Origin: Stegostoma tigrinum
Taxonomy: Eukaryota
Direction: 5' to 3'
Length of the DNA stretch: 64,000 nt
Assembly: GCF_030684315.1 (NCBI RefSeq)
Contig: NC_081371.1
Span: 28,267,440 to 28,331,439, forward strand
In this document: one piece after another, positions 11,180 through 24,900 of the stretch
Position numbering within the stretch: position 1 is the stretch's first letter
How the letters are laid out: each line of letters starts with the position of its first letter
Position numbers and translations under genes: made by a program
Notes under the pieces: generated by a model
Told to the model about the DNA's origin: nothing
What the model saw: the letters and a program-made list of their open reading frames with translations, nothing else
Database searches by the model: none

Positions 11180-12570
11180 AGGGAGATATTAAAAAAAAAA
11201 CTCGTGTGGAAAAATTTCATAGAGGTGTCAAAATAATATGGTAATAATAGATGATTTCAACTTCCTAATGTATAACTTAAATTTTGACGAATTGTGAAAG
11301 GCTTGGAGAGGGTGGAATTCTTAAAATGTGTCCAGGAGAGCTTTTTCAGCCAGAATGTAGAAAGTCCTACTTGAAGGGGATTGCATTGGCCTGAGCTTTA
11401 GGAAATGAAGTAGTAGCTGTGATAGTGGGGAAGTATTTTGGTGCAAGTGACCTTTAATTCAGAAAGATTTAAGACAATTATGGATATGGACAAAAATGGA
11501 CTAGAAATGATGGTTCTGAATTGGAAGAAGGTCGATATTAATCTAGAGGCGATATAGCCAAAACGGGGAGCAGCTACTTGCAGGAAAATCCACATCAGAA
11601 ATGTGAGAGACATTCAGAAGGGTAATAGTGAGAGTGAAGGGCCAACATGTTCGTAAAAGGTTGGGATGGACTAACGAGTTCTGAGAACCCTGGGTTTCCA
11701 GGGCATTGAGATTGGATAAGGCAAAAAGCTGCTTTTGGTAGATACTGAAGGCTCAAAATAGTGCATTTTAGGGAGGAGTATTGAAACTGCAGAGAGTTGG
11801 TTTGAAAAGAAATTTAGGAGAGTGTAGAGAGAACATGAGAAGCTCTGGTGGATTACATAAAGGAAATCCAAAGGTATTTTATAAGTATATTAGGGCAAGA
11901 GAATAACTGAAGAAAGAGTTGGATCCTTTTGGGACCAAAGTGACAAGCTACATGTGGACCTGGAGATATACCTTGTGTTTTAAATTCATACTTTGCATCT
12001 GCGTTCATGTAGAGAAATTTACTAGATTAGCTACAGAATACAGGGAGGGTGACTGTGTGATGTTTTTGAATGAATTAATATGAGAGAGAAGTTAATCATG
12101 GTTTTAACAGTCTTGAATTTGAATAACTCCATAGGCATAGAGGACATGTATCCTAGGCTGCTGTGGGAGTCAAGGGAGGCAATATCAGGGCTCTTCACGT
12201 TAATTTTAAAATCCCCTTTGACCCTGGATGGGTGCCAGAGGACTGGAGGACATATAATGTGGTATCATTTATTCAAGAGGGATAGTGGGGATAAACAAAG
12301 AAGCTACATACCATTGAGTCTAACTTCTGTATTTGGGCAATTATTGGAAAAAATTCTAAAGGACAGAATAAATCTCTACTTTGAGATGGAAGGATTGCTC
12401 AAAGATACTCAGCGTGGCTTTGAAAGGGGGAGATCATGTTTAAATTTGAATTTTTCAAGGAGGCGTCTGGTTATGTAAATAAGGGTGGTGCAGTTGATGT
12501 AGTCTTCATGGACTCCAGTTAGGCTTTGACAAGGCCTTCCATGGCAAACTGGTTAAGAAGCTAAGAGCCC
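11180..12570 (+). mobile_element. Degenerate CR1 ORF2 fragment (endonuclease end to RT N-terminus)
   Basis: ORF 12080..12478 YPRLLWESRE..YIPLSLTSVFGQLLEKILKDRI..QRGFERGRSCL; upstream remnants include FYKYIR. Confidence 0.85.
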
Positions 12571-13893
12571 AAATTGGCAAATCTGTATCATGCCAGATTA
12601 ACTGATAAATTTAAAAGACTGCATGCTGAAGTTCTGGACCACAGCTGTCTATGAGCTAAAATAATTGTTGGTCAAGTCTCTTTCTTAGACATTTCATGTT
12701 TTCACCCATGATCAGTTGAGAGTTGGGATTGAGGACATGTATAGGAGTCTAGTGTTGGGAGAGAAACAATTTTTTAAAGTTGTAGTACTCCAAAATTGTT
12801 GATTAAAGCCCAGTGGAACAGTCGAGATCCAAAGACTTAGGGATTCTAGTGCGCTGGTCATTATATTTTTGTATCAAATACTTAGTTTTATTCAAATCAG
12901 CAAGTGAAATTTTAAACTCATTTTCCAGCTGTCTTGATGCAAAGGAAGAGAGTTCTGCTACAGCTGTACATTGATCTAGTTAGATCACATCAGTACTACT
13001 GTGAATGATTTTTGTTGCAATTTCCTCGGAGTATTTTAGCCTTGGAAGGAGACGAATACAGAATCATAAAGTGTGTTACCATTGCTCCAGTGGTCAGATT
13101 TCGAATCAGTACAATATTTTGTATATTCTGCAATGTAGATATGGGGATGTTTCAATAGGTTTTTAAAAGAAATTTAAAAGGATAGATAGAGACAAGCTTT
13201 CGTTGTTTGAAGGGGAGTTTTGGTCCTGGGAGCACCATCCAACAAATGGAGAGCCAGGTAATTCGGTAGAGAAGCTGGAAAGCACTTCACAAAAAGAGTG
13301 GTAGAATTGTGGAACTCTCCAACAAAAGCTGCAGATGCTTGGTTAATCACATACTATTTTAAATCTTGCTTCTGTAATGACATGCACCCTAGTTGCATAT
13401 TTCCTTAAAATACTAGCAAATTCAATTTGTTCCATGTGGCATTAACAAATGGCTAAGTGTAGTAGACACATCCAAAACAATGGAACTTGACAGTAGGCTT
13501 TTTGTGGTGCTGAAGATTTGTATGCCAGATCTAACTGAAATATGCTAATACAGCAGTTATGCTGTTTTCTTCCTAACAATGTACAAGGCTTTCATGTATG
13601 TACTATCCCCAAAGGAATACTTATTCAGTTATAGCTCAATCAGCTTCTGAATCATGTTGTAAGGAAGAGGATTGCCCAACGTGCTAGTAAACAGCTTGCT
13701 GATTTGCAGTTCAGATTTTTCCATAACCATTCAGCTACTGGCCTCATCAACAAATTTAATTCAGAAAATGCAACTTTGCTAAATGCAGGAGGAGATGAGA
13801 GAGTAACTGTTCTCAACATCAAGATAATATTTCACAATGTGATACCAAGTAGCTCAAGCAAAATTCAGTGAGAATTAAGGCTAATCTTTCAAG

Positions 13894-13931
13894 TGGTAGG
13901 AAGTGTATCTAATGCCAAAGAAGACAACTGA
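13894..13931 (+). CDS. CREBL2: Candidate CREBL2 terminal coding exon
   Basis: After ctaatctttcaag, a phase-1 join gives L-V-G-S-V-S-N-A-K-E-D-N-stop, recalling the LVG ending of rodent CREBL2; the acceptor is weak and alternatives exist. Confidence 0.3.
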
Positions 13932-14895
13932 GGTTGTGCAAAGCCAATAAACCAATGATCATACCCATAGGTATTACTGTACCGGTTCCTTGGAGAAACA
14001 CCCTCTGCCCAACCATCTTTGGCTGCATCATCAGTAATTGACCTTTAGCCATAAAGTAAGGAATGTGGCTGTTTGTTAATTCTACAGCTTCCGTTGGCAG
14101 CAGACAGTGGAACCAGGAATGAAATTCATCTGATTCCACAAATTGATTAATGTAACTTTTTTTTCAGAGGTAGGAACATGTATTTCAAAGTGATTTAGTG
14201 AAACTTCAGTGTTGGAGATCTTCATATCAATGGAGAATCTGGCTATGAGAAAATGCCCAGCATTTATTACTGACTGATCCTTCATTACTCATTTCAAAGT
14301 TCTTCTTTATAATATGAACAACCACAGGTGTGTCTTGCAGTAGCAAATAATTACTAATAGAGTGAATGATGAACACTTCACTTGCTTCAGATATGGTCCT
14401 TAGTAATTTATGCTGCGAGCTTGAGAGTCCTTCTATATCACTATTTCCTAAAGGACTAGATTAATTTAGAATATTTGGTCAGCGTGGACATGTTGGACCG
14501 AAGGGTCTGTTTTCATGCTATACAGGTATGTCTGTATGAATAAATGTAATATTGTTGAACTTTTTTGCTTGCACTGTCTTCGGATTAATATTGATCATTC
14601 TTCATTACAGAATAATGCTGACCTTCTGTTACTTGGAATTGATGAAGAAATGATCAAGCCAAAGTCTGTATTTGTTAGTGCAAGCGATATTGTGAAATAC
14701 TGGTGACAAACCAGAGAAAAAAGCTAAAATCATTCTCAACTGCATCCTTTGGCAAAGTTCAAAATTTATTCTGAGCAAATGTGGAATAATATTTTATGAA
14801 CTCAATTTTTGAGTGTCTAATCATGCTGTATATCTGTAAGTAATGTAAATTGAATGTGGGTTACTTTTTATAATTTTTAATGTAAAAAAAAACAA

Positions 14896-14901
14896 AATAA
14901 A
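14896..14901 (+). promoter_or_regulatory. Candidate CREBL2 polyadenylation signal
   Basis: AATAAA after an AU-rich UTR-like stretch, with GT/T-rich sequence downstream. Confidence 0.35.
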
Positions 14902-17900
14902 AGTTGTGGCTTGAAAGCATTTCTGACACTGCATGATGTATTTGTTGCCCTTCCTGCTCACAGGTTTTCAACTTTACATGAGAGATGAGGGAAAGAGATT
15001 ATCCCCTATACATTGCTGGGATAGATTAATTATATATTGTTTGAATAAGAGTTCAGCTGTTCCACATCTAAGCATGTCATCTTTCACAAAACCACCAGTT
15101 TTATTTTAAATACTTATTTTTTTGAGGGAAATAACCACTTTCTACTAAACACTGATGTTCATTTGATGCTAGTTGAACTGCCAGCTGACATTAGAATGGT
15201 GTCATACTTGTTACATTGACTTCACTACACACTTTTAACAGGAGACTTACAATGTTTTATTCCATCATGTGAAGTATTGAAGTGTTTCTAAATTTCAAGA
15301 ATTTACTCTTACAAAATACAGCACTCAAAGTCTTTCTTTGTTGTTTATGTTGCTTGATTCAAAATGAATAATTCAAACTAATTAGTGCAAGAAGGACTGT
15401 ACTTGAAATTGCAATTGGGTTAAGGTCAGTTGAGAAATGTGTCCAGTACAGCCATGTCCATTGAAAGGATAAGCTATAGACTTAACACTTGTAAGTTGCA
15501 ATTTGCATTCACGCTATTCAGATAAAACTGGTGTAATCTTTCACAACAGCTGTTTGTGAATTTTTAAATTTTCTCTTGTATTCTCACAGCCCTTCTCCAT
15601 GGTTATTATGTCCATCTTTTGATCCTTCTGCTCTATTCCCATTAAGTTTCTGGCAATGCAACTTTCCTTTAACTTGCACACTAACCAATATTGTTTGTGG
15701 TTCTGTCTACCCTTGAATATGGTCCCCCTCTCTCCTTTAAATCTGCTGCCATCTTTCATCTCATCAAACTAAATATTGACTTTTGAATCCTTGCTAACCA
15801 CCACTCCAACCTTCCTTTCCATACAGAGATGGTCACATTATTCCAATCTACTGCCCCTCCAATTGTCTAGCTGTGTGAGACTATACTCACCTGGTTCCAT
15901 TATGCAATCATAGTCAAAAGAATCACTGCAATTGCTTTTCTGTTCACTCTTGCAGTACTATCTCTGGTTCCCACTCCAAAAGAACTGTCTTTGGCCCATC
16001 CTGTCATTGGTGATGCTGCCTGGAAACCATGCCAACTTCCCTACTTGTTTGTTGACTACATACAGCTCTACCTCACTCTCTTGACCCCTCCATTTGGCCT
16101 AAATTATCAAGCCTGCTTGATCAACACTCAACGTTGAATGAGTAGAGGTTTTCTCCAACTAAGTACTGGTAACATTGAAGTAATTGTCTTCGAGCCCTGC
16201 CACAAACCTTGTTCCTTAACATCTTTATTGTAAGTTATTGGAGGCTAAATCGGGCCGGTTGCAAACTTGTGACTGCAAGCTGTTCATAGGATAACTTGTG
16301 CCATTGCTACAATGTCTAGGTTCACCTTTGCAACATCACCAAATGCTACCCCTTGAGCTCATTTCAGTTGCTGAAACTCTCATGCCTTTGTTATCTCAAA
16401 TCTACTCCAATGCAGGCCTCACGTGTTCCACCCGGTCTAAATTCAAAGTCGTACGGCACTTTTTGCTAACGGTATTTCTACTCACGTTTAGTCTAGTTCA
16501 CCTATAACCTTTTTTTTTCTAAGCTCACAGTTAAGTATTGCTTGTTAGAATTCTATCCTTGTTTTCAAATCTTTCACCACCTTGCTTTTTCCTTGTTCTG
16601 TCATCATTCCCAGCCTTTTAACTCAAAACGTCTGTGCTTCACCAATTTATAGAGTCCTTCAACCCAATCCTAGTCTCAAACATTCCCAATTTTAATCACC
16701 CCCACCTGGGCACTCCTTCAGTTTTAAGGTCTTGAACATTCTCTCAGTCAATTTCTCTATCTCCTTCCTAATTCAAACCTACCTCTTTCAACAAACCTGA
16801 TTGATCAAGTCCTATGAAATGAATGTTAGTATCCATTTTTTGGGAGGGGGTTATTGCCCTTGCCTAATTCCTCTTGAGTTGACTGGCTGGCTGGTCCATT
16901 TCAGAGGGCAGTTGAGAGTCAACCATATTGTTGTAAATTTGGAATCATGTTGGCCAGATTGATATTGAATGTGGTCTGCAAGTTCGCCTCACCATTACGA
17001 TCTTATTCATTGAGTTGCTTTGGTCACAGCTACTTCCACTTATTCCACTTTGATTGTAGAAGCATGTGTAGAGTTACTGCTCAGGCTGGCTGCTATTAAA
17101 TAATGCATATTTTGTTGGAGCACACCACCTTGCAGTGTCAGTTATGATGGGTAAACTAGAGTTTGTGTAGTCAATTCCATACCTGTTAGAGAAATGGAAT
17201 TGAGAACAAGACAAAGGAAAAGTAAGCAAAAGAATAAATTTGTCATTTTAAATCGATAACAACTTACAACCAAAAAGAATTAGACCTCACTTTTTCAATT
17301 ATTTTCTTGACGAGAGATTGACAACAGTTAACAATTACTATCCAGCCTACTTGACTACTATCCTAGATATTTCTAATCAATGTGTTCTGAAATGTTATTA
17401 CAGACCTCTAGAGCAAGTGAAACTTGAAACAGGGGCTCCAGGCTCTGGCTTCAGCAATTTGGGGTGATTCACCATTCATAACATGTCTCTTCCTCACCAC
17501 AAGTTGCTTTTTACTTTACACATTCAGAATGGTATGTGTTGTTGAGATGCTATTATTTCAGCAAAATATGAACCAGTGTGCAAATTAACCTGGTGGAATT
17601 ATACTGATGGCTGCCTTTTACCACAAATTGATGGACTCAACAATCTTAGAGCAATTTATGTCTGTACTGCATATTATTGCACATAATCAACATGCAGCCA
17701 AATTTTAGAATGCAGTGGATGGAAGTACTACTGTCTCATTGTGTTATGAACATTAAGTTTATACAGTTCGTTGGAAGTGTATTTGAATGATTAGGCATTC
17801 TCAAAATGGTTCTTCTGGAGTTATACCACCCATGGCAAAAATTTCAAGCACTTAGAAACTATCTGTTGAAGTTGGGCACAAGTCCCTTGGGTTTAGTACG

Positions 17901-19124
17901 CTCTCAAATTTGTGTTGGCCTGAATGCATCCTGTATAATACTGTAATTTTTATCAGTCATTCCGAAACATAATGTCAATTCATACGAGTTTGTCTTTGTC
18001 CTGTCAGTTAATTTAACTATTCTGTGCAATTTCTTACCTTTACTCTTGTAATCTATAAAATTTGAACTTTCTTGACAACTTGGCTTTAGTAGAAACATTG
18101 TGATCTCTGCAGTCAACAAACCACAATCTTGCATCTCCCAGCAGCAGTGTGATTGATCCTCCTGGGCCTATGCTTTGGGGAGCTAGCCACTGCCAATCTG
18201 ATATTGTGCCCAAGGTGGCAGAAAAAGGATTGTACTGTATACAATATCTCAATACAGATCATGAATTATTATAAAATGAATAATAAAAGAAAATTAAGTT
18301 CAGCTAAAAATCACCTTTTTCTGAAAGTAAAAAAGTAACTCTTAAAAATCTTATGTCATTTGCCTTCTGACTAATACAATGAAAGTTTATTTTGACCAAA
18401 ACATGCTATGATAGTATATGTTCAAATTTTCAGTTCCATTAAGTGCAGTCCAGAAGTTGCAGGTATGAACATTTTAGCAGCTAGATAATCCTTCCCCGAA
18501 GTGTTTAAAAAAAAGCCCCACTGCAATCAAATGAAATACTAAACTGCGATCTTCAGAAAAAGTGCTTACTGATATTATGTATACATAATTCTAATGGTTA
18601 CCATTACTATGCGGGTTCATTTGTTATTAGTTATTGTATTCTGATAGCATGTTCTGTCACAAAATAAGTAACATTTACATTGCAATGTACATCAGATAAC
18701 AGGTGAACAAAATGGACATGTTGCAAAGGTTTATGGATTATATTTTACAAACACTCTGTTATGAGTATCATTCAAAATCATATGATGTTCAATGACATGT
18801 CCAAGATATTAAAGCACTGCTAAGGATTTTCTTGGATGAATCATACACTTTGAACTTAGTGCTGTAAGTTAAAGAAATATTATAATTTATTTTAAATATT
18901 TGATACAATCACAGTGGAGTTTCAGCATTGTGTGCAATAAATGGCCTCTTACAAACTTGTAATTATTTTTAAAACAGTTTTTTAGAATTACTTTTGGACA
19001 CTCTGATGGAAAATTTGAATTGGGATGATTTTCAGTAAGGATCAGTTACCTCCTTGTCATTTATGAATTTAAGGATAAACACATTTCCAGTGGTGCAGTG
19101 GAAACATGAAAAGAATTATATTGA

Positions 19125-20369
19125 TTACACAAATGTATTTGGAGGGTTTGAATTTATAGGCCATGCAAGCTTTTTCTCTCTTGCTTCTCTGTCAAATGTT
19201 TCATATATTGTATCTTTGGTTGCATTTTTGGTGGGTGCAGGAATCTCTGTGATCCCAATATAGTTCTTTTTTGCCATTCTGGAACTAGTTGTGATGGTGT
19301 ATGCATTACTACGGTAACACTTCATTGATGACATGCAGAAAGTCTCCTTCATTCCACGTCTGAAGTTAGCATTGAAGATTGAATAGAGGCTGGGCTTAGA
19401 TGCTGAAGAGCTGAAAGACACCAGTGCAATAGATAGAAACAGTGCTGAACACCTTGTGTAATCCATCTGATCTGGTTGCCAGATCTGAACCACATAAAAT
19501 GGAAACCAAGACAACAAAAACATGCAATTTAACAGCAAAAACATCTTGATTGTTTTAACCTTCGTTCTGGGTACAATGTTCATTGTCCTCCTTACAGTCC
19601 TCCCATCTGTGCCAATTCTCCAAATGTATTTGATTACTTTTTGGTAAAACAGTATGATGAGGACAGAAGGAATCAGAAATCCCACCAACAGATGAACAGT
19701 GCCATAGGCAACACCACTCCAGGTCTGGGGTAGAAACAAATTACAGGTGCCACCTTCTGTGCCATAGAAAAACAAAGTAGGGGACACAAATGCAGCATCA
19801 AAAATCCAGGAAGCAGCAATCATCTTTTTGGCTTTCTCCCGGGACACTTTGAAACTGAGAGGATACACAATAGTGTAAAATCTGTCCACGCAGATGGAGA
19901 GAAGGACATAGATCTGGACACCTGGAGTAAGGTACTGAATGTACCTAACTAGTTTACACATAACATCCCCTAACAACCACTTCCCGGTGGTAAAGTGCAG
20001 AAGAACAAAAGGAGTGCTGACCACACTGATGAGCAAATCTGCACATGCCATGGACACTACAAAGTAGTTGGTAGTTGATTGTGTCCTCCTACTTCTGTGG
20101 ATTACAAGGCAAACGAGAGAGTTCCCAAACAAAGCAATAAGCCAGATCACTCCAAAAATAAAGGTGACCGCGATGATTTCCCCTGTTGTAATTTCCTGGT
20201 ACGTGGAGTTATTTATTTTTGTCTGGTCCTGACCATTGACTCCAAAATGCCTTCCAGTGCCTATTGATAGTGTGGCTAATATTTCACTGGAATTGGCTGA
20301 AGTTTTGGTTGCTGGAATTACAACGGAGTGTGTCTTATTTAGAATTTTTTCGGCTAACACCATATTCAT
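19125..20369 (-). CDS. GPR19: G protein-coupled receptor 19 (class A GPCR), single coding exon, 414 aa
   Basis: Seven hydrophobic segments; GNSLVCLVIHRSRRTQSTTNYFVVSMACADL, DRF motif, SKPSLY in place of NPxxY, C-terminus KKLAWPINSNPPNTFV; acceptor ttcttcttcttgtccccag with exon start at 20388. Confidence 0.98.
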   Translation of the reverse strand: MNMVLAEKILNKTHSVVIPATKTSANSSEILATLSIGTGRHFGVNGQDQTKINNSTYQEITTGEIIAVTFIFGVIWLIALFGNSLVCLVIHRSRRTQSTTNYFVVSMACADLLISVVSTPFVLLHFTTGKWLLGDVMCKLVRYIQYLTPGVQIYVLLSICVDRFYTIVYPLSFKVSREKAKKMIAASWIFDAAFVSPTLFFYGTEGGTCNLFLPQTWSGVAYGTVHLLVGFLIPSVLIILFYQKVIKYIWRIGTDGRTVRRTMNIVPRTKVKTIKMFLLLNCMFLLSWFPFYVVQIWQPDQMDYTRCSALFLSIALVSFSSSASKPSLYSIFNANFRRGMKETFCMSSMKCYRSNAYTITTSSRMAKKNYIGITEIPAPTKNATKDTIYETFDREAREKKLAWPINSNPPNTFV

Positions 20370-20784
20370 GGTTTGTACAAGACAATTCCTGGGGACAAGA
20401 AGAAGAAATTATTGTTTTGTTATTCTTGAGTAAGTAAAAGTATCTTTTGACATCAAAATGTATTTTATAATATATTTCTAAGAACAATAGTTTGAATTTA
20501 ATTAATAACTTCAGCTGTAAGTTAAGATAATGAAAACAGATTTATTAATTTTCCACCAGATCACTAATGCCGTATAGAAGCTTCAAACAATAAACTGATT
20601 TAGTGTTAGACAGAATTTGTAAACAAATATGATTATTGAAATTTAAAATGTAAACCTCGCATTAACGCTAAGTATTCTCAAGACAACAAAGCCTCCTGTA
20701 TTCTAAATCAACAATATCAATAGATTGTAACACTGATAACATCTTATCCTTAAGTACCGATATCTGTAGAAAGTTGGCATTCTT

Positions 20785-21170
20785 GCCTCTACGTCTTGGA
20801 GTTCTGTGTCCAAGACACAAAAATCAAGGTTGAAATTGCAGCAGAATACTGAGGGAAGAATAAACTGTCAGTTTTGTATACTTTCAGATGAGATGTTAAG
20901 ATCCCAACTACCTGTTAGCAAAAAATGGAAAAGATCCCGCGGCACGAGTTCGAAACACAGCAGGGGAGTTGTTCAGCCATCCTGACCACTATTTATCCCT
21001 CAGAATTAACACAACAAAGTATGAATAATCTATTCATTATTACATTGTGATTTTTAAGAGTTTCCTCTGCATAAATTGGCTACTGTGTTTCCTACAACAT
21101 AATAGCGAAAAAAATTGTAAAATACTTTTAGACATTCTATATTCACGTCAACGCTATATAAATGATTAAG
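20785..21170 (+). mobile_element. Deu-domain SINE
   Basis: TTTCAGATGAGATGTTAA..AAAAGATCCCGCGGCACGAGTTCGAAACACAGCAGGGGAGTT..CCTGACCACTATTTATCCCTCA core. Confidence 0.7.
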
Positions 21171-22427
21171 ATATTTGTGATGTGTTGGTTTACCTTGATT
21201 CGATCTTTCCTTTGTTTGATTTTAAATGCAAGTTTACGAGGAATACAGTAATAGGAAAAAATATTTGCAGCTTTTTTTTCCTCATCACCTTCTCAAGGCA
21301 ACTAACGGTGGGCAATAAATGTTGGCCCAGCCAGCGATGCCCACGTCCCATTGAAAAAGAAAGTTAAATTTTCAATTAGCTGAATGTTGTGGACTAATAG
21401 TTATTAGAAACTGGTAACTTTCAGAAGATTGTTTCATTGCATTACTCTTGGCAGTATTGGCATTACGGCTTTGACAACTTATTAGGCCAACAAGTTAATC
21501 CAGCTCAAAATATTTTGTGAAATTCCAGGCACAAATCTGTCATCAATACCTTGCACATGGATGAGACGTTGATGGACATGTATTACAGATACCTCCTGCA
21601 CTGCTTCTCTTCACGAAAGACATCTCTCTGTATATCCCGATGCCCCCTTACTGGCATTCAGGGAGTTGTTGCATTTTAGTCTCATTATTCGACCTAATAA
21701 CTAATATCAAAAATATGAAGAGTGAGATTTGCAGCGTTTTTAAATGTTCTGTTGGCATTGAAATCTTTTTAAAACGTGGCTTTAAGTTGGCTTGTAATTA
21801 AGAGCGACATCTTTATTATTAGGCGGCTTCGTGGAGATAGTTTTATATTCCGTGCCTTCGTTCCCTGTTAGTGACTGTACATGCAAATCACATTACAGAT
21901 TTTGCATTTATGCCAAACCTAAGCAGCATCGTCATAAAATACGTAGTCCAACTGACGTATCAGACGTCATAGCAATATATATTCAGGAGTTTAAAGAAGA
22001 GGTAACTATCACTGCTCATTATGCACTCGGTATAACTACATAATTCAATTAATACATGTTGACCTGCGGGAGGAAATCAGAACGAAATTACAATAAGTGA
22101 CTCAGTCTCCACATCAACCAAGATCCATATCGACACGTTCACACGCGATTGCTGAAATGTTTTCCCAACGTGTTTTAATACTTAGAGGATAGCGTTAAAA
22201 TGTTGGAACAATTCAACAGGCAAAATGCCACTCCATCAGAGTGGAATTTAACACGGAAATCAGGCAGTCTGCTGCAGCAGGAATTGGAGTCTGATCCGAA
22301 ATCAGGCTACATCAGTAAAGAAGTGATAATATAACAGGAGCCTTTTTACAAATGTTGCAATTCTTCTGTATCTAACGAATGTTTTGTTTCACATTGTGGA
22401 ACTGACAACACAACGTTAGAACGCAGA

Positions 22428-22549
22428 GATGATGGGAACTGCAGATGCTGGAGAATTCCAAGATAATAAAATGTGAGGCTGGATGAACACAGCAGGCCAA
22501 GCAGCATCTCAGGAGCACAAAAGCTGACGTTTCCGGCCTAGACCCTTCA
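22428..22549 (-). mobile_element. Short Penelope-type terminal element with 12-bp TSD
   Basis: TTAGAACGCAGA at 22416-22427 and 22550-22561; minus strand starts ATGAAGGGTCTAGGCCGGAAACGTCAGC; same family as 42101-42385. Confidence 0.85.
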
Positions 22550-23199
22550 TTAGAACGCAGACACCAGTTTTGGAACTCATAAATCTCAAACATTTCTCTA
22601 GCACTAATTCCTGTACTGCGTCCTCACTTGGTCTCATTCTCCAAATTTTTAGGATTTCATATTTATTTCCTGCGTTGGCATGCATACTGACACTGACCAC
22701 ACTATTTGAGATCAAACCTACGCCGTCATACTTTACTCCTTATCAATCACTCTAATTGGGATTTTGATCGGACACAATTAATCCCTAATCCTATGTTATG
22801 GAAGCGTTGCAACGTAATAATTTGGTGGTAATCATTACCCACATGGATGCGATCTTTTCTCCAGTCATTATTTTAACGTAGTTTTATACATATTTTTAAC
22901 CAACTTGTTCAGTCGAGGTTGAACACAACTCTGAAACAGATGGGACTGAAACCAAGGTCTTTTGGCCCAGAGCCCAAGACCGTTGGTCAAAGGCTAGGAG
23001 CAGAGTCAAACTTCACTTAGTCTAATATTTGTTTACGTGGTGAAATATTACAAGTAAGATCATCTTTATAACAACCTGTCCATATAATGAGGCATCCACG
23101 GAATAGTTGGGAGTAGAACCCGGGACTCCTACCGCAAACTAGGGACACTACGATTGTATCTCGAGCCCCCTACCGTGAGGATTTGGCTGGCGAACGCAA

Positions 23200-24330
23200 G
23201 AGATTACACCAGCAATGTTTGACATAAACGGATGAATCTGAATTACATGAAATAATTGAATTGATTATGAGCAAGAAATTTGAACATAACCTGAGTATCA
23301 ACAGTCAATGTGATTGGAGAAGGTCTAGATGCCGCAAGATCAACCTCACTGACTCTGATTACTGAGGAACGACAAAATATTTTTGATAAACTTCCGCACC
23401 GAAAAAATACTAGTTAGTTTCAAGATATTTTCTGCTCAACTTGTTTGGGAGGAATAGATAATAAGTTGGTGGGCAGAGTGAAACAGAGGGATCGTGCTCG
23501 GCAAGCAATGAGTGGTCGCTCCAGCATTCATTGTTGGAGCAATTCTCGTTTCCAACGTGGGCCAGTATCTCACATAAAAAAGAACAAAATGCAAAATGGT
23601 CATCTTGCACGAAACCAAAGGACATGGGGCAGGATAATCGGAGGAGGCGTATTCAAAACAGATGAAACAGAATACCTGAGTGGCACTAACACTGCAATTT
23701 CGCCTGCACCAATACGGCACGTAGGAAGAAAAACCGGGCGACACAATTATTTCTCGAGTGATGTTAAAATACCAACAGGTAAATGCGCAAAAAAGCTTGG
23801 ACTTCTATTGAATTCCAGGATCACCTTTATCAACAAATACAAAGCAACATCAACAAAGAATGGTGATGTACATAGCAAACCAGTAGGAGAGAATTCATGT
23901 TGAAACCGCTCAGGCGGCAGCTTGAGAACTGTGTCCAGTTCTGGTTGCCAAGATACTGGGTGGGCAATTAATCACAGGAACTAATGCAAAGAAGAGCCAA
24001 CGGCTGTTCCCTAGTGACCGTGGTTTCAGTGATAAGGACAGATTTGAGAAATTTGAGCTTTTCAGACCGCAAATATGTTTGAAAGGTGATTTCATAGAAC
24101 TATCTAAGGTTTTGAGCTATAACATAATAGTGCAGAAAATATTGTTCCAGAATTTTACTTCATGTTAAACCTTGGGGTAGGATAAATGTCATAGGTTAAA
24201 ACTAGTAACTCTAGGACTCACAGCACTCAACTCAGTGATGAGCAATTGGAGTTGGATATCGCACCGAGCAGTGGAGGGGAAAACCCTGACATATAACATC
24301 AATATGCAATATGGAATTCACTAATCTGGG
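23200..24330 (+). mobile_element. Ancient CR1 RT fragment in a GPR19 intron
   Basis: Relic motifs CTTGAGAACTGTGTCCAGTTCTGG (LExCVQFW), TTGAAAGGTGATTTCATAGAA (LRGDLIE-like), CATAGGTTAAAACTA (HRLKL). Confidence 0.7.
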
Positions 24331-24729
24331 TGAACGTAATATATATTTCCGTGAGGCTTCCATGTCCTTAATCCAAGCAAACCACAGTGATGTGTTAATA
24401 CTAGTAGGACGGTAGTTACGTAGGTACGCCAGTGATCTCGTAATCAGGCAATTTGTGGTTGCTGTATTGTCAGTTCATTTAATTTTATTTTGCATTATTA
24501 GAAACAATATGCAGCAGGAGAGAAGTACGTCGCGCATGGAGCAGAATGCTAGTTTGGCACCGTTGTTATTGTTCAGAGTAAATCATTAGCAATCAGACCA
24601 GTCAATCCAACGTAACGCGATCATATATGCACATTCACTAACTATATGGCTTTCCAGCAGCATACTGCTTGAGAAAGGTAGCCCGCAGCTCAGGGGTGCG
24701 ATTCCACTTCATCTTAAGATTTGCCTCAC

Positions 24730-24900
24730 CTGGTGACTTGACAAGCCCCGAATGTGCCAATTTAACTTTGGACAATATGGACAGTCAGTTGCTTTGATTC
24801 TGGCCACTGCTTTGTGCGTCTGATGAAACAGATTCATTGCAAATTCATCGACAAAGCTCTCTGCCTTTTCTCTACTGTTTCGGCCACTGATGGAGGAAGG
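24730..24900 (-). other. Candidate GPR19 5' exon (171 nt)
   Basis: Strong acceptor cttcttttctttttctag and donor CAG|GTGAGG, same strand as and upstream of the GPR19 coding exon. Confidence 0.55.

Noticed and set aside
23410-23903. 152-aa plus ORF and a minus ORF with RING-like CFIC..PCP..CK wording
   Set aside because: The region is an ancient CR1 RT fragment; Cys/His spacing is incomplete for a RING domain and the plus ORF starts at TTG
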